Positions 34,923 to 39,404 of a stretch of DNA of 39,404 nucleotides are shown in pieces; positions within the stretch are counted from its first letter, which is position 1; the number at the start of each line of letters is the position of its first letter. Source of the DNA: Octopus bimaculoides (lineage: Eukaryota). The notes beneath the pieces were generated by a model. The model had not been told where the DNA came from. It saw only the letters and a list, made by a program, of their open reading frames with translations, and ran no database searches. The stretch is taken from the NCBI RefSeq assembly GCF_001194135.2, contig NC_068983.1:24083328-24122731 (forward strand), given 5' to 3'. The translations under genes were made by a program, and so were the position numbers.

Positions 34923-35889
34923 NNNNNNNNNNNNNNNNNNNNNNNNNNNNNNNNNNNNNNNNNNNNNNNNNNNNNNNNNNNNNNNNNNNNNNNNNNNNNN
35001 NNNNNNNNNNNNNNNNNNNNNNNNNNNNNNNNNNNNNNNNNNNNNNNNNNNNNNNNNNNNNNNNNNNNNNNNNNNNNNNNNNNNNNNNNNNNNNNNNNNN
35101 NNNNNNNNNNNNNNNNNNNNNNNNNNNNNNNNNNNNNNNNNNNNNNNNNNNNNNNNNNNNNNNNNNNNNNNNNNNNNNNNNNNNNNNNNNNNNNNNNNNN
35201 NNNNNNNNNNNNNNNNNNNNNNNNNNNNNNNNNNNNNNNNNNNNNNNNNNNNNNNNNNNNNNNNNNNNNNNNNNNNNNNNNNNNNNNNNNNNNNNNNNNN
35301 NNNNNNNNNNNNNNNNNNNNNNNNNNNNNNNNNNNNNNNNNNNNNNNNNNNNNNNNNNNNNNNNNNNNNNNNNNNNNNNNNNNNNNNNNNNNNNNNNNNN
35401 NNNNNNNNNNNNNNNNNNNNNNNNNNNNNNNNNNNNNNNNNNNNNNNNNNNNNNNNNNNNNNNNNNNNNNNNNNNNNNNNNNNNNNNNNNNNNNNNNNNN
35501 NNNNNNNNNNNNNNNNNNNNNNNNNNNNNNNNNNNNNNNNNNNNNNNNNNNNNNNNNNNNNNNNNNNNNNNNNNNNNNNNNNNNNNNNNNNNNNNNNNNN
35601 NNNNNNNNNNNNNNNNNNNNNNNNNNNNNNNNNNNNNNNNNNNNNNNNNNNNNNNNNNNNNNNNNNNNNNNNNNNNNNNNNNNNNNNNNNNNNNNNNNNN
35701 NNNNNNNNNNNNNNNNNNNNNNNNNNNNNNNNNNNNNNNNNNNNNNNNNNNNNNNNNNNNNNNNNNNNNNNNNNNNNNNNNNNNNNNNNNNNNNNNNNNN
35801 NNNNNNNNNNNNNNNNNNNNNNNNNNNNNNNNNNNNNNNNNNNNNNNNNNNNNNNNNNNNNNNNNNNNNNNNNNNNNNNNNTATATATA

Positions 35890-36193
35890 CCGCCTGACTG
35901 GCCTTTGTAGGGTTTTCGAGCGAGATTGTTGCCAGTGCCCCTGGACTGGCTCTTGTGCGGGTGGCACATAAAAGACACCATTTCGAGCGTGGCCGTTTTT
36001 GTGCGTCTGACACGTAAAAGCACCCACTACACTCTCTGAGTGGTTGGCGTTAGGAAGGGCATCCAGCTGTAGAAACTCTGCCAAATTGGATTGGAGCCTG
36101 GTGTTGCCATCCGGTTTCACCAGTCCTCAGTCAAATTGTCCAACCCATGCTAGCATGGAAAGCGGACGTTAAACGACGATGATGATGATGATG
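35890..36193 (+). mobile_element. RTE-type 3' UTR/tail repeat with a (GAT)n tail
   Basis: Ends ...catgctagcatggaaagcggacgttaaacgacgatgatgat. Confidence 0.8.
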
Positions 36194-36894
36194 TTACTGT
36201 TGCTGAAAGCTGGAATATTTGATGTTAATTAGATTACATTGCTCAAGAAAGATCTGAGTTTTCTTCATATGAAGAAAGCAAACGAATGAAAAATGAATTG
36301 CCAAACATTTGAAGGAGTCAGAAATTTTCTCTGCAAAGCTAAAGTTGGAGGGGTGTGATGAACATCAAGTTATTTTTAACTTCGCATTTTATTTTTTTAC
36401 GGAGATTTTTAGACCTTTTAACACAAGTGTCAAATTGCATTTCTAACAGTTATTAAGAATACTTTTTGCAAAAGCCTTAGATTGGCAAATAAAGAGAGCA
36501 AGGACATCAAAATGAGGGAGAAACAGTATAAAGGAAGAACGAAAATAATACTGTTGCTTCTTACAGACATCAAGTTTTTAATTTTTGCTGAACAAAACAG
36601 AAATTTAATTCCAAGCTCATTAATATTCATTAGAGTGTATGTCTCTGTATTTTACTTAATTTAGTCAGTGGAGTGTGGCCATGCTGGGGCACTGCCTTGA
36701 AAGGTTTAGCCAAACAAATCACCACAGTACTTATTTTTGTTAAAACGTGCATATTCTGTTGATCTATTTTGTTGAATTGTTAAGTTATGGGAATGTAAAC
36801 AGACAAACACCAGTTGTCAAGAGGTTTTGGGGGACAAATACAGATGAGCACTAACACACACACTCACATACGCACACATACACACACACACACA

Positions 36895-37517
36895 CATTCT
36901 TTTATTTATTCCAGTCATTTGATTGCGGCCATACTGGAGCACCACCTTAAAGGGTTTTAGTCGAAGAAATTGACCTCAGGACTTATTCTTTGTAAGCCTA
37001 GAACTTATTCTATCGGCCTCTTTGCTGAACCGCTAAGTTACAGGGAGGTAAACACACCAACATCGGTTGTCAAGCGATGGTGGGTGGGAAGGCCAACACA
37101 GATACAAATATATACACACATATATTCTTTTCTACTCGAGGCACAAGGCATGAAATTTTGGGGGAGGGGGCCAGTCAATTAGAGCAACCCCGTACGCAAC
37201 TGGTACTTAATTTATCGACCCTGAAAGGATAAAAGGCAAAGTAGACCTTGGTGGAATTTGAACTCAGAATGTAAAGACAGACGAAATACCGCTAAGCATT
37301 TTGCCTGGCATGTTAATGTTTCTGCCATCTCGCCACCTTATATATACACACATATATACGATGGGCTTCTTTCAGTTTCTGTCTAACAAATCCACTCACA
37401 AGACTTTGATTGGCCTAAGGTTATAGTAGAAGACACTTGCCCAAGGTGTCACACAACAAGACTGCACCCAGATCCATGTGGTTGGGAAGCAAGCTTCTTA
37501 CTACATAGCTATGCCTG

Positions 37518-37520
<3 letters not shown>
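36895..37520 (-). mobile_element. SINE family B interrupted by SINE family A (about 37126-37340)
   Basis: Both halves are recognisable; atatacacacatatat flanks the insert on both sides. A further family B tail lies at about 36660-36860. Confidence 0.85.
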
Positions 37521-37587
<67 letters not shown>

Positions 37588-37589
37588 CA

Positions 37590-38424
37590 TATGCAATAAA
37601 AATAACACTGACATCTCATTTTAACATATATATTTACCAAAACTACATAAAAATATCTTGAAATACTAAAAAGTAAATTCATTCAATAAAATTACCATTG
37701 GCTTCAACAACGGCCTCCAGATGACTTTAAAATCTCCTGCAATTCTTCTGGACGGTCTCTTTGTTCAAGTTGGTGAATGCTGACATAATCTTTGCCTTCA
37801 GTTTATCTTTGGTGTTACAAGGAGTTTTATCGGTCTCTTGCTCAACTGTGCCCCACACATAATCAAGGGGGTTGTAGTCTGTGGAGTTAGGTGGCCAGAT
37901 GTTAGGGGTGATGTGGTCACAGAAATTGTCTGACAGCCATGACTGGGTTCTCTTGTTTGTGGTGCAGAGTCCTGATGTCAGACACAGGGTCTTCCAGAAG
38001 CCACCCTCTTGACCCAGGGCAGCACTACCTCCTGCAGGCTCTTGATGTAGGCCTCTATGCTGAGTGTGAAGCTGTGTGGGAAGATGAATGGAGGTATAAC
38101 ATCACCATCACTAGTAATCACTCCAAACACCATGATGTTGGCTGGATGTTTGATTTTTATCACATTTGGTACATGTTTTGGGGACACAGTTGTTCTGTGT
38201 TTTTAACCATCTGTTCATATTGGAGCTTCCAGCATGAATGCCAAGCAGTACAGCATGTCGTTTCCAAATTTCTGGCAGAGTGAATTCCATCATGGTATTT
38301 TTTTTCTCACAGATGGTGCCCAACTGACCCTACTATACTGTGTAGTTGACAAAATCAAAAACAAACAATGCGCACGTGTGAAATTAAAAATATAAAATCT
38401 GGACAATTTACCCATCGCGCCCTG
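37590..38424 (-). mobile_element. Tc1/mariner-superfamily (maT/DD37D-like) transposon relic; one TIR, N-terminus deleted
   Basis: HPANIMVFGVITSDGDVIPPFIF...VLPWVKRVASGRPCV*HQDSAP / SWLSDNFCDHITPNIWPPNSTDYNPLDY..EANGNFIE*. The terminus CAGGGCGCGATGGGTAAATTGTC is next to TA at 38425-26. Confidence 0.85.
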
Positions 38425-38620
38425 TATGTATGTATATTACAGACAAGAAAGTAAATTTTGAATGCAGTATAGCTGTGAAAATAGCAGAGTGTGGGTATTT
38501 TACCTGCAAGATAAGACCTCTCAATTGAGTGGGGTATAGAATGGAGTGATAAGAAACTATGACAGAGGTACAAGGAGAAGGTTTCTTGCTAATAAGGTGT
38601 ATACATGGCTTACCTACCTA

Positions 38621-38643
38621 GAAAGAGAGAGAGATAGAGAGAA

Positions 38644-38683
<40 letters not shown>
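38621..38683. repeat. (GA)n microsatellite, representative of dozens of (TA)n, (CA)n, (TACA)n and (TAAA)n tracts across the window
   Basis: Direct inspection. Confidence 0.97.
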
Positions 38684-38686
<3 letters not shown>

Positions 38687-39404
38687 TGAGATCCAGGTAG
38701 AAGATGAGTATAAAAGACAGAATAGGATAGAAGAGCAGGGCTGGTGGATGTGTAGATAAGTTCACTGAGTGAAAATAGTGTGACAGATGATTAGAGATAA
38801 GGAATGAGCTGTGGAGAGAGGATATCAGTTAAGCAGAGGGGGAAGTGAAGGAAATAGGGTAAAATAAAAGATTGATAGAAGAGTGGGTGTCAGAAGATGA
38901 GTTGTGGGGGACGGCTTGGCTTAACTGTAATTCTGCTGAGATGGATGGGGCTGTACAAGCAAAATATATGTGCTTTTGTACCTGTATTTGCCACCCCTAT
39001 CTCATCTCATCTCATTGCTTGACAACAAGTGTTGGTTTGTTTGTCTCCCTGTTAATTAGCCATTGGCAAAAAAGAATGTTAAAAATAAAACCAGACTTAA
39101 ACAAAAACAAAAAAAAAAAAAGAACCCACATAAATACCAAAAGCAATTTGTTTGACTAAAACCTTTGAAAGTGGTATCCCAGTAAGGCTGCCGTCCAATG
39201 ACTGGAACAAGTAAAAAAATAAAAGATTAAAATAAAAAACTATAACAACAATAAGCCCCACCCCAAAAAAACCACAGCTCCAATCACTTCTGCATGCAAT
39301 ACCATATTCCTTAATTTTCTGCATCAATTTCACATTTCTTTATCTAATTTTCACTGACGCTTTTTTCAGTTTTTACCTGGAGATATGAAACCAGGTAATT
39401 AGCA

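Noticed and set aside
48-36120. Most ORF-track entries ([12 protein letters not shown], poly-I/L/M and X-containing ORFs)
   Set aside because: These are translations of microsatellites, N-gaps or antisense SINEs, with no coding evidence.

Overview
This is an AT-rich, repeat-saturated eukaryotic window. The SINE/LINE families and microsatellite load look like a coleoid cephalopod (Octopus-type) genome; that assignment comes from recognition, not a search. There are seven N-gaps (about 2660-2871, 5472-5481, 11179-11477, 19024-19125, 23806-24230, 25111-25135 and 34923-35881). No CRISPR array, rRNA, true tRNA gene or intact long CDS is present, and nearly all ORF-track entries are microsatellite or gap artefacts. 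Most of the sequence is decayed mobile DNA: tRNA-derived SINEs (several nested, with TSDs), RTE, R4-like and Penelope retroelement fragments, Tc1, mariner and maT transposase relics, and hAT and piggyBac non-autonomous elements. A set of short, well-spliced candidate exons on the minus strand suggests the window is mostly intron of an unidentified gene (low to moderate confidence). The most interesting signals are RNA-structural. A type I hammerhead ribozyme with a complete catalytic core lies at 14891-15018 (-). A second hammerhead-like motif occurs in two inverted repeat copies (20645-20714 -, decayed at 2460-2529 +). A perfect 24-bp hairpin lies at 20467-20533. Several long foldbacks are present, two of which (8733-9174, 13179-13324) differ between arms almost only by changes that remain G.U-pairable on the + strand.
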